A DNA stretch of 61,462 nucleotides, the filler included, from Choristocarpus tenellus KU-1152 (Eukaryota; Protista; Phaeophyceae), in assembly GCA_964200185.2 (NCBI GenBank). It is 12 parts of 12 records of this genome, joined end to end, with 100 filler letters (N's around TTAATTAATTAA, not from the genome) between each part and the next. Parts side by side here need not be neighbours in the genome. Positions count along the whole stretch, not along the records: positions 1 to 7,966 come from CAXNAD020005328.1; positions 8,067 to 11,374 come from CAXNAD020020898.1; positions 11,475 to 16,534 come from CAXNAD020012005.1; 9 more parts are not named here. One strand, written 5' to 3'. The position numbers and the translations under genes are program-made. The number at the start of each line of letters is the position of its first letter. Position 1 is the stretch's first letter. Below, in pieces: positions 1 to 12,799 of the stretch. The notes under the pieces are model-generated. The model was not told the DNA's origin. It saw only the letters and a list, made by a program, of their open reading frames with translations, and searched no databases.

Positions 1-25
1 GAAAGGACTCCGGAGGTAGGGAGTA

Positions 26-59
<34 letters not shown>

Positions 60-1397
60 GGGGTGGTCATCACCGGGTCCCTCATGAAGAGTAGGCTCTG
101 TTGGACATTTCAATAATGCCAACAATCCATTGAGCACAACCCTAGTGGGGGTAGAATCAGACAAGCCTTCCGTACAATAGTTGATGCAATCTGATAGGGG
201 AAGATGACTCGTTAAGAAGTATTGACACCTAGATGTCGTCAGTATGACTTTGTCATTTGGTCATTTATTTAGCTCTTTTTTAGGGAGTATGCCCACCCAT
301 CACCATCCCCAATAGTGTCCCTTAAAACGCGCTTTCAAGAATTCTTAGAAAGCACTCCTATATGTCACACTTCCTTAAATGATGGTGTTTTAGAGTACAA
401 TACAATAGTACAATACAATTCCCAGAAAACTAGCACCCGCAACCTGTTGTTGGACCTTCTCGCTAATTTTGTCCTCTGAAAGGTATTGCCTCTATTCTAC
501 TGTTGCTACATAAGACAGTGTACCAAAAGCGCACTGAGCGTCAAGTGACCCATAGGGCTGTAAGGCAAAAGGCTCCCTCCCTTCCCTGTCTGGTGAGGGG
601 TTGTGCCGAAAATAAAAGGACTTAAGTATTATTAACTTGTACTCTATGCTGTGGCCTTTCTCCACTCTCAGAAGCACAATCTCTTGTGGTATCTGAAACA
701 GACAATTGCCCTGGTGTCTCTCGAGTAAGGCTGAAGGATGTTTGACTGAGGGGTTGACTGCGAAGAGCTCATGAGACGCACTACGGAGTTTGATATCGCA
801 ATTTTCACGGCACTTTTTATTTTATTTTTGCAGAGAGCTCTTTTTTTTATTGTCGGTAGAGTAGAGGAGGAGGAGGAGGAGGTGCATGTGTACGAGGGGG
901 GCATGGACAAGAATGGCCAAGGGAAGAAAGGGAGAGTATTACAAGTACTACTACTGCTTACGAGTTTGTATCAGTAGTATAATGCAAAATAAAAAATAAA
1001 AAGTAAATAATCCTTATAATGAAACAGCCGTGATGAAACAGTATTGCAACAACTGCACAGAATTGAAGGAAGAAAGAGACATGAACGAGCAGACGTTTTC
1101 AGTTATGATCAGTTATGATCCCTGATATTTTCTTGTCTCTTGATGGAGTTAACTGAGCCAATTAAGCTCTTGTCGTGGTTTCACAGAGATAGAAACAGAG
1201 AGAGTGCCAACTTAAGTACTTTTTTTTTATTGATAGTACTCCGGGTTATACCTTTTTTGTTGCTGGAATGAGGATGCACCTGTAGAAGATGAGGTTGTAG
1301 TCAGCAACAAAATTAGCATGCAACACACAACACCCGCTAAACCCAAACTGAACATAACACCAGCTGCACTCTCTCTGACATAACACCCAATCTTCAG

Positions 1398-4146
1398 GGC
1401 AGTCGAATCGTGGTTCATGGAGAGGTAGATGCAGGGATTCCAGGGGTGGCCCCAGGGGACCTGGTCTTTATTGTGAGGGAGGCCTTGCACCCACAATTCC
1501 GGCGTATTGGTGCCTACCACCTCCTAGCAGATGTTTCAGTGACTTTGTCTGAGGCCCTGACAGGGTTTTGTCAGGCAATGGATTTGCCAGATGGTAGGCG
1601 TGTTTACTTCAGCAGTGGGGGGGCGGAGATAATTGAACCAGGGTCTGTGCACAGGCTAGAGGTAAGTGATGAACGGGGAAATGTTTTTTCAGGTTTTTGT
1701 TTTGTCATGTGGTGGTGTTGGGAGGGGGAATGATTGTACCTTTGAGTTGTGGGCTATTTTTTTTTCTTCATGTGGTTGTTTGGGGTAGGGGCGGGGGGGG
1801 ATCCTTACACCCTAATGTGACTAATAATGTGATTTACAATTTGAATGTAAATAAACTCTTGTATAGTTACTTCAATGCTCTTCTGGCCAACATGATGAAA
1901 CGGGTACAAGAAGAGAATGTGACTTGTGACCCTTCCTGTGCTTTCAAGTATTTTTTTTTTTAACATGCAGTGATTTTTTTGGATGTGATGTGATTACTCT
2001 GAAATGGTGCATGTGCTTCATCTGGTACTCTGAATATCTGAGCTCCAATTGTCTTGACGTAGTAGTACCATTTTGAGCCTGTACATTCAATTTTTTATTA
2101 TTTGGAGTATTATTCACGCAGTTAATTATTTTTCTCTTTTACTTAAGGTGTTGGAACCTTCGTGTGTGTTACGTGTCTGTGAAAATAAAAATATGTAGGG
2201 ATGTGGTATGCCTGTGGAGGAGGATGAGGGGGGAGATGTTGGTCAAGGAGATAAGGGGCATGGTCCAGGCTGGGGAGGACATCGAACAGGAGATCTCTAC
2301 CTGAGGTTTGATGTGCAGTTCCCAAAAAATGAAGAGGCATATGCATGGGGAGAAGAGGGTCGCATGGCACTGGAGGGAATCCTTCCAAAAAAGCCTCGTG
2401 TTGAAGCACATGAGGTGCAGTGTTGTATGTTTGGGTGGGGTATTTTGTTTTCTAGGGTGTGTAACTTCTACTTTGAGGGGTAGTTTTGTGTGTGAAGACT
2501 TGATTGGTGTTCCAAATCAGGTTTATTGTACATCTTGACCAATTGACTATTTTCAGTACTAGATAAGATCTGATATATATATCTATCTTTTGTAATACTC
2601 ACTCTAACCTTCACCCTTAATCAAACATGGATATGGTATGTAGTTGTAGCGCATGTAGAGAGTTATCTGAGTTTGAGCTGTTTAGAGGCTTTTGATATAC
2701 TGGTCCTTTCAGGTCACCCTGTTTACCAACTCCCATCTTTGTGCTTCTATTAGCTGTTTGCTTGGTGGTGCAGTGTCCATATCTCCCTAACCACATTCCA
2801 CATGCCCCTCACCTACTGCAGAGCTGCACTAGCTTGTAATGCATTTGATCGCCCAGTATAATGCTCGAACTTGTAATCACAGCATGGATTAAGCCTGCGT
2901 ATGGATCAAGTTTTTTGTTGATGTTGATAGTGCCGTTTGAAGGCATACACACTTCAGGGCATTAATAGTAGCGATATGAGTAGTAATTATCCCTCAAGGA
3001 GTGATGTATATGCTATTGGTACATGCAGTTGCCTTATACTCCATTCCACAAGGTGTGTATTTTTCCTTTTTGTTACTGGAGCATCCTGTGCCCTGGCAAG
3101 GTCAAACATATCTGTTCTTGGTTGATGGTGTGCTTCAAGGCAAATAGAAAAATAGAAAACCAGCATTAAAGGCTATTACTGCCATGATAAATTTGTTGGT
3201 CAGAGGTGAGATTTCAACAGCATTTGCAAGATTGGTTGTGTGAAGGTTCAATGTACAGGTTTGCTGACGGTTCCCCTCTTATTCCAACAATTGTGCCTTT
3301 CCTCAAACACTGTTGGCCAATATTTAGTCTCTGGTGCTAATAAGTTACCCTCCCCCGCACAAAATGCACCAATGCACCCGTTGAGTTCCAGAATCGACAT
3401 GTATAATTTTTGTATAATTTAGACATTTTTTCCCACGGAAGCACCTTCACATGCATACCAATGCTTTTGGTGGATGCAAGTAGTTGCCTTCCTCATTACC
3501 TGCTTTGGTTGCCTTCCAGGGCAGTAGTACCCTGCAGGAATCGTGTTGGGAGAGGACAAATAATTTTCGCGCTTGGTTGCCAATCTCTCTTTTCTGTGGC
3601 ACCAGTGCCTCTTACCCATTTGACCCATTTGACCATTTTGTGCAACGTGTGATGATGATGAACGTGTGGCTAAGGTGTAGACGTGCACCTAGTAGGCTAG
3701 TATTAGAGAGACATCCATCTCCGTCTGGCTTTCCAGTATTCTGCTACATCCACATCCCCTTGATTCAGCATTCCAAGGCATTTCCAAGGCATCAGAGTAG
3801 TCCTCTCATTTGATGGCAAATAATCACAGTACATAATCACAGTAGAATCTGCAGGTTGGGGCCCCTCACACCAGGACTAGAACCCTACTCCCTTGTGTCT
3901 TGTCCACCCATACCACATATCTCATTCGCTCTGCATATACAGAGATGATTTTATCCCATACACTCTTCTCAGTTCCACACATATGCCTTCCTGACTTCCC
4001 TACAGGTGGACAAGGAGTTCCAACTGGAAAAGGCAGACACTGCTCTTGAGCAGCACATCAACTCTGGAGCTTATGATGACCCTCGAGACAAGCAAGGGGG
4101 TCCAGAAGAGGACAGGCCTTCATTCTTTAGCTTCTTTGGGATGTGA
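1398..4146 (+). CDS. DnaJ/Hsp40 co-chaperone, C-terminal substrate-binding region; last three exons 1398-1661, 2199-2414, 4006-4146 (5' part not found in window)
   Basis: Phase-0 exons bounded by AG/GT translate to GSRIVVHGEVDAGIPGVAPGDLVFIVREALHPQFRRIG..LSEALTGF..DLPDGR..IIEPG / GCGMP..GDLYLRFDVQFP / ..FFSFFGM*. These are DnaJ_C motifs (PGDL, HPxFxR, LxEALxG, GxGMP, GDLYxxFxVxFP). Confidence 0.9.
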
Positions 4147-7100
4147 AAGGCATCTACAAGAGTAGCGAGGAGGACAAGGGCCTAAGTGGGGATAGGAAAC
4201 GTGGGGGTGAAGGGGGGTTGAATTAGATTGATATCTCCTCACTGCTACTCTGGGAGTGGTGACCAGGTGTAGAATGAATTCCTTCTCTATGTTTGCTTGG
4301 TCGTTTTGATTTTCTGGTAAAGAAGGATCGTATCAGATTTTGGTCTCTCTTCCTCTGGAGATGCATTTCGCAAGCACAGTCATGCTTGAGCATAATCCTT
4401 GCATAGGTTTTACTAATCTATGCGTCAACTTCTGCATATATATTATTTAGATATAAATTGCTGGTTCTTACTACTTTAGAGGGAGTCTCATTATGATTAG
4501 GCCCTTTTTAGTTTGAATTTTTCCATCTTCTGCCTATCACCCCATCACCCATGCCCGAAATGTAGCTAACCCCCCATTGTAGGCTGTGGCTGTAAAAGAC
4601 ACAGCAGACATTTATACCCATTGTAAGTTCGAAATCATCTTCCAGAGAGCTAGAAGCATATCTACCAGGAGGAACCAGTCAGTCACATGGTCCCCAATAT
4701 TCAATGACCCCCCTGACCAAGAGTGGATGACCTTACTAACCGTACCAAAAGAATTGTTACTGTGAAATATTTCTGACAATGCGTTGATTTATTTGATCTT
4801 GTTCTGAGTCAAACCAATTGAAAGGTATGCACAATCGTGTGCGCTAAATTGATATTTCCCCTTTCCACTCAGAAAGTGACATGGCAATTCAGCAAAGACT
4901 CTGTGATTGTAAGAAATGGTGTCTTTCTTTCCCTTTCTTGGAATACTTGAGCCGAAACCTGGTTACCTCTTAGTTGGTTTGACTCTCTTAGTTTTCCTTG
5001 TACTTAAATCCCTCCATTTGTGCTAGTGAGAGTTGAGGTAGAATCATTGAGGGGAGAATAAATTTGTCCAGATACTGTGAGGAGAAGAGTCGTTCACCTT
5101 TGTTTCTAATAGTAGCAATCAACTCACTATATGCTTTTACTATGTTTTTTTCTCAAACCGTAAAATCCAGGCAACCTTCCAGACCCCCACAAAAAGATTC
5201 GCAGAGCTTTTTTATAACATTCATTCTCACACAATATATTTATGATTGCTACATTTTTAGCTTGATCAACAACAACCAGGGCAGTGTTGCCAGTAACAAC
5301 ATAGACGATGGAAACTTTTCCAGGACTTTAGACCCTTCTGGCCTACAGTAATGTTCCTTGACACTTCCTGAAGGCCTGACCCAGTTTCATCATGAAATAC
5401 CTCACCTGGGCCGACCAAGTTAAGGTTCTCTACCCCAACCTGGACCACAGAAGTAATATTTTTGACAGGCTGATTATGTCAAATTCAATACTTTTTGTAT
5501 GTTGTCTAGGGATATTTTTTAAGTGTGTGTATGATAACATATTTGAAATCTACAAAAATTCGATCACTACAACTCTCGTGAGGAGGGTGAGTAGTGGTAA
5601 TCCGAAATGTTTCACTTCATGTTGTTCGAGTGTCATCTCCAAAAAGACTCAAGCATGTGGATCTTTTCTTGTCAAGATCAAGTTGGACGATATATCGTAA
5701 CAGGATTTCAATACTTTCCTCACCACATACATACCACAAGGTATTGAATCACCATTTTATTCAAATATGTACATCATACCTATTTTCAAATCTTAAAAAA
5801 TTCCAAAAACTAAAACTCTTATGAAAATACTGGTGTCGTACTCCACTTTGCAACAAGAAAAAACTAACGTTTGTACAGGATGAGGATAAGAGGAAGTTGT
5901 CCCTATATTTTTTTTAAGCATTGTCCACTACATATTGTGTCCTACTTCCTACACATTTTACGTTGGTATTATTCACAGTTATAATTCATACTGGTCTGAG
6001 GGTTCCCAAACTTAGCATGGAAACGCAGTCAGAAAAGGTGATGCACAAAGTTGAGGTACAAATACCATATAAAATAAAATGAAAATAAAAGCAAACCAGT
6101 GACAGAAGAAAAGGAAAAAGAAGGAAACTCAATCTAATACAATAATAATGAAGAGAACGTAGGTAGGTTGTGTATTGCACTAACAACACCGATGAAAGAG
6201 AGAAATCAAGAAAAAAACGAAATACAGGATATTTTGAACCCAGAGTCACTTATTGAGACCCGGAGTGAAATTTGGGAGAGATAGGGATTTTTTGGTCGTT
6301 CAGTTCTGTGAGACAGAACAGAAATGGAGTTTTCTTACGCATACTGAGTAGTTTGTTGTTGGTGGGGGGGAACCTTGTTGAAATGAGGCCTAATCTCGCG
6401 CCATGTTATACACTTCTGCTAACATTTTTAGGTGTCTCGTATCTACCCCTCTCAGTAACGATGACAATGCCTATCTGTTGTTTGTTTGATTTGTAAACCC
6501 TATTGTGGTTTGGGTACCTTCTTTTTTTGATCCATCTTGCTGTTTCTCTTCCCTTCTCCAGTGTGAGTGTCACGTAGTCTAGAATGAACAGCCTATCGGC
6601 ATACTGTTCGAATATGTACTACAGAGGTTTGGACCGAATCTACTGGTTGTTAGGGCTGATCCAAGCCATCTCCAACTCCTGCCCTCGTGTCTCGAAAACG
6701 GTCAGCAGTGGTGCCAAGTTAATGATGTGACCAACTTCATTATGGTTTTTTGTATAACGAGCATAAGAAAATCCACTACCAAAATTAGAATGCGTAAAAT
6801 AAAATTCACAATCAAAAAGAAAAAAGGTAAAAAAAAGAAACACCAAACAAAGGTGATGAACAAATTCAAACAATATTCAGCACGGTTAGTGGCCGCCCCC
6901 TGACGAAACAGCAGTCTGCTGAAGCCCGTGTTAGCTTCCGTCTATTTCGACCCTTCCCTGGATATTCCTCACTGGATTGAGCGGCGGAGGTAGGTCCTTG
7001 ACCGAATGGTGTCGACTTGTATCGCTCGCCCTGTCTGTGGCTAAAGCAAGTGGGGATCGAAGCACAGGCTGGGGAACAGATTTGACCAGTCGAATGGGTT

Positions 7101-7966
7101 TTGATGCATTGCTTTTTGGAACAAATGAGGTCCGTATTTCGCAGGAACCGAAGCAGATTGTTTGTTTACGGTACCACAGACAGCAGGCGAGGAGTAGTGG
7201 TTTATAACAGGTTGAAGCATCGGTGCGAGGGTTGCCAATACACTGTTGACAACCTCTTGATGCGGCAGTGAAGTTTGACTTGATACCTCATCGTGCATGT
7301 ACGTCCTGTTCTGACAAGGTAGTTCTAGTTCCTGCCTAATGATCGGGGCTTCGGCTGAGGCAGTGAAAGGGTGTGACATGCTAGCAGACATAGCATGCGC
7401 ATCTGCTATGCTACCCAAACCCATAGTGAGTATTGTCATTTGTACAATGCAGCTATTGTAACATTTTGGTTGGTTGGGACAAATACGTAATGGTCGCTTC
7501 GATTGGATAATTCCTCTATGAGATCATCAAGTCCTTGAGTGTTGCCCTGAGGGTCTTACCGAGGCCAAAATACTTTTCACTATTTGTTTCACACTTGAAA
7601 TGGAAATTTCATAACATTTGATGATGAAAAACACTACCAGCAGAACACGGGGTGATAGATAAGACTTTCCGATAGTGAATTTCATTTTGCGCACTCTACT
7701 ATGATATCCATGCATTGACGAGGATATAGATAGGGTATTTAGCAATAGTAGTAGTTGTTGTCAGGAATATAACAGCCTCTCAGCAAAATTGAGGATGGAG
7801 CATACTATGGAGGATGGGTTTGACCCAAAATTGTCCTGGTGAAAGTGTCGATATATTTCTTTTTTGTAAATTTCATGGCACGTTTGAAGGGCCCCGCTAC
7901 AAATGGGAATCCGTGCCGAAGGTGGTAGTAGGACAGTGTGTGGGGGGCGGCAATGATTTCGTTTGG

Positions 7967-8066
7967 NNNNNNNNNNNNNNNNNNNNNNNNNNNNNNNNNN
8001 NNNNNNNNNNTTAATTAATTAANNNNNNNNNNNNNNNNNNNNNNNNNNNNNNNNNNNNNNNNNNNN
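7967..8066. other. Artificial contig linker N44-TTAATTAATTAA-N44; 11 copies starting at 7967, 11375, 16535, 26743, 35719, 38352, 42139, 45859, 48601, 51910, 57243
   Basis: Identical 100-nt spacer carrying stop codons in all six frames. Confidence 0.97.
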
Positions 8067-9371
8067 ACTAGTTTGTGACGAGCATGATAGTTCTGACGGT
8101 TGGGGCGGCGAGTGGGGGGGGGGGGGGGGGGGGGGGGGGGGTAAACCAGGGTGTCCATTTGGTCCAAAACCAGGAAAAGTGTACTTACATTATCCATCCG
8201 ACGTATGCTACCAAATCACCCAGAAATCACAACATGAAAAAATTGACCCAAAATGGACAGGCACCACCCCCCCCCCAGATACTTTGAGCCACTTGTACCA
8301 ATTGCGATGGTTTAAGGCAATTGGACCACCTCTTACAAACATTTTGACACACCTCTTTACCAAGCTGGGCAAAGTATATACATAGCACCGCTGAAAATGC
8401 TTCACCCCCTCCCCTTGGAAGAAAGAATGGAAGGGATTGCAGGACGTTTTGTTTCTTGCAACTTCCAAGAAGTGATGTCACTTTTTTTCTCTTCAAGCAC
8501 ACCTCATTACACTCTTCAATTCTCACTGACTGCTACCAAATTTTGAGGTTATCCAGAGAACTCATCAAGATTTCAAGAAGTGAAGACAGCGTAGCATAGA
8601 TTCATTTTTCCGCTAAATCAAGTTTATTATTATTATTTTGAATTTGGTGTGCAATCCAATTCATTGGATAAGTATCTTAGAGGGTAGAGCTGCATCCATT
8701 TGGGGTCCAAAATCTAATGTTGCGATTTTGATGTAATTTTGGCCATGTGTTTGTTTGTTAGTAAGTGTCAATATCCTTGTTCCGGACACACCTTTTCATA
8801 ATGTATACATTTTACCTACTCTGAAACATTTTGGTGTAGGATAATGCAATAAAAAACCCCATGGGAAGCCAAGCCCCAAACAGACAAACAAGCCAAAAAT
8901 CGCACCTCTTAAGGTACTTTCACTCTGACATAAACCACAACTATCAATAACGTGAGTTATTCTATAGAAGGAGTTTGCAAAAAAACTATTATTCCATCAT
9001 ATGATTATTATTCTATCATATGATTGCACCTGTTGCGCAACTGGCAAGAGTTTCTTCAATCTCACCAAGTTGGCTTACACTGCAGATAGATTTGACAAGA
9101 AGTTAGGCTCTTCATTTGATAAATGTGATGCTGACATCATCTTCCAGCGTAGAAACTATGAATAATACTATATTTTTTCTAATACCATGATCAACCCAGG
9201 GTACTTCTCAGATCTCTCCATATACCTTACACTCTGCCAAAAGCTCGCTCCATCTTTTTCATTTGACCACAGCGATAGCTGATATAGGCATGTTTTAGTA
9301 CAGTCTGCTTTATTATCACTCTGGTTTTCTATTTCAGTTTCTTCTTTTGTTCTGGTAGGAGTACAACTGAT

Positions 9372-9425
9372 CCTAACCCTAACCCTAACCCCAACCCCAA
9401 CCCCAACCCTAACCCTAACCCTAAC
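9372..9425 (-). repeat. Interstitial telomeric repeat (CCCTAA/CCCCAA)x9; shorter tracts at 14482-14498, 26609-26629, 30499-30529, 42324-42340
   Basis: Directly visible hexamer arrays. Confidence 0.9.
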
Positions 9426-9457
9426 TTTTATACTATTCCTAATCATATTGGTTTCAG

Positions 9458-11240
9458 GAGGCAGAAGTAGCAGAGGATACAGACATGGCTGAGATCGAGG
9501 ACGAGGCTGAGGTGCAGGAAGAGGAAGAAGCTGTATTTTCCGATATCAACAATGTAGGTGGAGGTATGAAAGCAATATAGATCGATGCAAGCATTGAAGT
9601 GGTAGGGAGTGGACACTGCGGAGCAAGTGCTTTCTTTCCATTGGCTCATTGTGATACATAAGTTGTCTGATTGGTGCGAATGCTCCTCTTTCGTGTGCAT
9701 ATATACATATATATATATCCCAAGAATTGTACCTGGGGGGAGGGGAGAGGAAAGCACATTGTAGAGCACGTGTATCCAATTGTCTCAATGCTACATATTG
9801 TCCATACAATTTGTGTAAACGTTTGATGCAATATCATTTACTCTCATGTACGTCCTCTACCAAGTCGCAATCGTACACTTATTCTTAGTCTTAATGTGAC
9901 ACAGTGAAGAGCACCACTAAGTCTGTGTTACTACAGAGGCGAAGGCTTCGATCCACGTTGCATGTCATGCAATTTTGCCACATGTCCCAAACCACATGAT
10001 CTCGCCCAACAACTCAACCCAGACAGATGAGGATGATCCACTTGGGCTAAGTAGCAGCCAGGTGGCCATGCTGGAGGCCAAGATTGACCCTGTAGAGTGG
10101 AAAAGGGAGCTCGAGAGGGTCACCCCCAAGTTAAAGGTTGGCAGTGTTTGCAAAGGTGGAGGTAGGGAGATGAAAATTGTAGCACACTGTGAGAGCCTCG
10201 ACAAAGTGTGCTCAGTAGCAGTGTTTGGAATGAAGTTCAACAATCTGGGAATAGTTCGTACGCACTCAAGAATGACAAGATACTTGTACCAAAATAGGTG
10301 AAACCGACGAATTAGTCAATGGCATGAATCACAGTTCAGGGTAGCGAATCAAAGTATCTTAGGGTTAGGGCAGAGCCGCATCCGTTAGGGGGCCAAAATC
10401 CAATGTTGCGATTTTGATGTAATTTTGGCTATTGCGTTTGTTGGGAAGTGTCAAAATCCTTGTTCCGAACACACCTTTTTATAACGTATAAATATTACCT
10501 ACTCCGAAACATTTCGGAGTTGGAAAATGTAATTTAAAAAAAAAAGTGGGAAGCCAAGTCCCAAAATGGACAAACAGTGCAAAATTCGTACCCTCTAAGA
10601 TACGTTCACTCAGTTGCAAACATTTGAACCGTTGCTAGCAGGTATGGTTGGGGTCAATATGTGCAGCAAGGTATGCCCTCCAGAACCAATAGATTCTTTG
10701 ATAGATTTGTGGATAGAACATGAATAGGGTAGTAGGAAGTTGAAGGTGCTGGGCAGTAATACCGTGAGTCATAGTGAGGACCATTGCAGCTGGAAAAATG
10801 AACAGGAGATTGGTTGTTACTACAATACAAGGGCATAGTTGCCGTCCAATCAGAGGTCAATTGCTCTGTACACTACTGCATTAATGGAAGTGTTCTTCGA
10901 GTGGTTCTTGCACTGCTGGACAGTTCAAAGCGGTCTGATGGTTCAGAAACGCCTTCGAGTTCCAAGTACACCTTTCACAAGAACAGAGAGTTGACAGATA
11001 TAAAGGAATGACGGGGACGGCGGAAGTGTTGGAAAAGATACAGAAAGCCAAAGGACTCATAATAAAACCTTGCCAGCTGCGACTGTACTCAACTCCCTCA
11101 CGCCTCGTTTGGTACAGATGCAGCAAGCAATCTTGGGAAAGGAGTGGCGATCCCATCTGGAGCAGACAAAAAAGCACGAGCTCAGTATAACCAAATCTCT
11201 GCCACAATACACATCACAGCTGGGGGTCATCGGAAATGAG
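9458..11240 (+). CDS. IFT57: Intraflagellar transport protein 57 (IFT57/Hippi), internal exons 9458-9553, 10023-10136, 11118-11240; gene cut by gaps
   Basis: Three phase-0 exons give an acidic stretch, then MLEAKIDPVEWKRELERVTPKLK, then KEWRSHLEQTKKHE. This matches the IFT57 signature EWxxExERVxPxLK...(K/D)WRxHxxQ. Confidence 0.88.
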
Positions 11241-11474
11241 GTCAGATCTTGTTGACGCTCTGGAATACTTATGGTTGCTGTCGAATTTATTTTGCTTCTT
11301 CCCATGGATTCAATGCAATAATGTGACCCAAACTATCTGGGGGAGGGGGGGGGGTCTACACCAGGGTGTCCATTNNNNNNNNNNNNNNNNNNNNNNNNNN
11401 NNNNNNNNNNNNNNNNNNTTAATTAATTAANNNNNNNNNNNNNNNNNNNNNNNNNNNNNNNNNNNNNNNNNNNN

Positions 11475-11624
11475 ATGGAGCTTTTCATTGAGGATGAGCT
11501 TGACCCAAAATTGACTGGGATAAAGTGTCGATATGTTTTTTTTTTCAATGACAATACAAAAGTCAATTTTGGGTCAAGCTCATCCTCAATGAAAAGCTCC
11601 ATCCTCAATCTTTGAAATCTGCTG
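11475..11624. mobile_element. MITE family D with long TIR; partial copies at 7772-7966, 16369-16534, 38452-38602
   Basis: Perfect ~41-bp inverted repeat ATGGAGCTTTTCATTGAGGATGAGCTTGACCCAAAATTGAC. Other copies start TAA-CAGC..AAATTGAGGATGGAGC or end ..CTG-TTA, so the target is TAA/TTA or TA. Confidence 0.75.
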
Positions 11625-11699
11625 TTCAAGGGAGAGTCTGTCTTAGGGATAGAAATGTAGGGAAATAAAAGTGAGCCTTGTGGGCAAACGGTCAGTGAA

Positions 11700-12215
11700 G
11701 CCTCATCAACATTTCATCATTCTCCTCATACTGTTTCAAAATTACCTTCACCATCTCCTCGACGGACCCAAGCTGTTCCCCCATCACTCGGCATTTCAAA
11801 GACCTGAAGAAGCACAGGTCCATGATATTGAGTCGGGGGAGTTAGATGGCTGCGTCACAAGCCTATTCGACCACCCCTCAGTTTTCCTTGCCCCTGACAA
11901 GATTTCTGAGTTGCTCTTGCTCGTGTGGGGGGTGGGACCGTCTTGCTGAACGACAACATGTTTCCCCTGCAACCAAGGCATCTTGGTCTTTGATTGCAGC
12001 CAGTAACTCCCCCGTGTACCACAAATGGTCTAAAGTACAGTCCTGCTCATACACATCCCCCTTTTTATGGTTCTTCCTTGTCCTGTCTGCCTTTTTTGGC
12101 GCGCACACACGCCAAACACCAAGCATTCCATCAAAGCTGTGAGCCGAATCTGGGCGGACTTTGACTGCAATGATCATAGTTTTGGAGATATGACTCTTGT
12201 GCTTACCCAACATCC
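11700..12215 (-). pseudogene. Tc1/mariner-superfamily DDD transposase fragment, frameshifted
   Basis: HKSHISKTMIIAVKVRP..FDGMLGVW..ADRTRKNHKKG followed in another frame by VVQQDGPTPH..LVTQPSNSPD. These are the QQDxAxPH and QPxNSPDL catalytic-region motifs of plant/stramenopile mariner-like transposases. Confidence 0.85.
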
Positions 12216-12799
12216 GTTCAACCCCATTCAATTGGGGGCTGCGTGCCCAAGTGAACTCCTATTTAATCCCACGATCGCGGCAAAGGGCACCGAAAACTCC
12301 TTCATAGAACCCACCCCATTATCAGACCGCATGTACATGACCCGAGAAGGAGTGCCATCAGCCAAACAGGAGTTAAAATAAACGATAGTTACCCATAGTT
12401 TGCATTTTAAGGATGCTGACAAGCATGTGCATAAGTGGTATTTTTTCAAATGTGCATAGGATATTTTCTGATTGGTATCGGAAAAGATTCGAATAATAGA
12501 GAAATGAACGCTCGCAAGTCAAACAGAGAGCTTCGTCCATAGAAATATGGGTGAATTACAAAAGATTGAAAACAGACTTAGAATAAGAGCAGTCAAAACC
12601 CTACTACCTCTCTCGCTCGTTTACTTTGCCTCCAGGTACTGCACAAATGTCTCTTTCGAGACGCATCATGCGTTTCAAGCTCGAGATGCCAGGAAGGCGG
12701 GCAAGGTAGGGACCTAACAGATTTTTCGGCTGCTTCCCTAGCTCCTCGCCCGCCTTCGTAGGGCTAAACTAGGTTAAAAGCATAGCAATGTATATACAA

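Noticed and set aside
7041-7439. 132-aa minus-strand ORF, possibly a retroelement gag remnant
   Set aside because: No recognisable motif or splice support; cannot be assigned.
8011-8022. Recurrent palindrome TTAATTAATTAA as a biological motif
   Set aside because: Always centred in identical N runs; an artificial six-frame-stop linker.
8075-8526. Short ORFs overlapping MITE-A/B copies, here and elsewhere
   Set aside because: Chance frames in non-coding MITEs, not conserved between copies.
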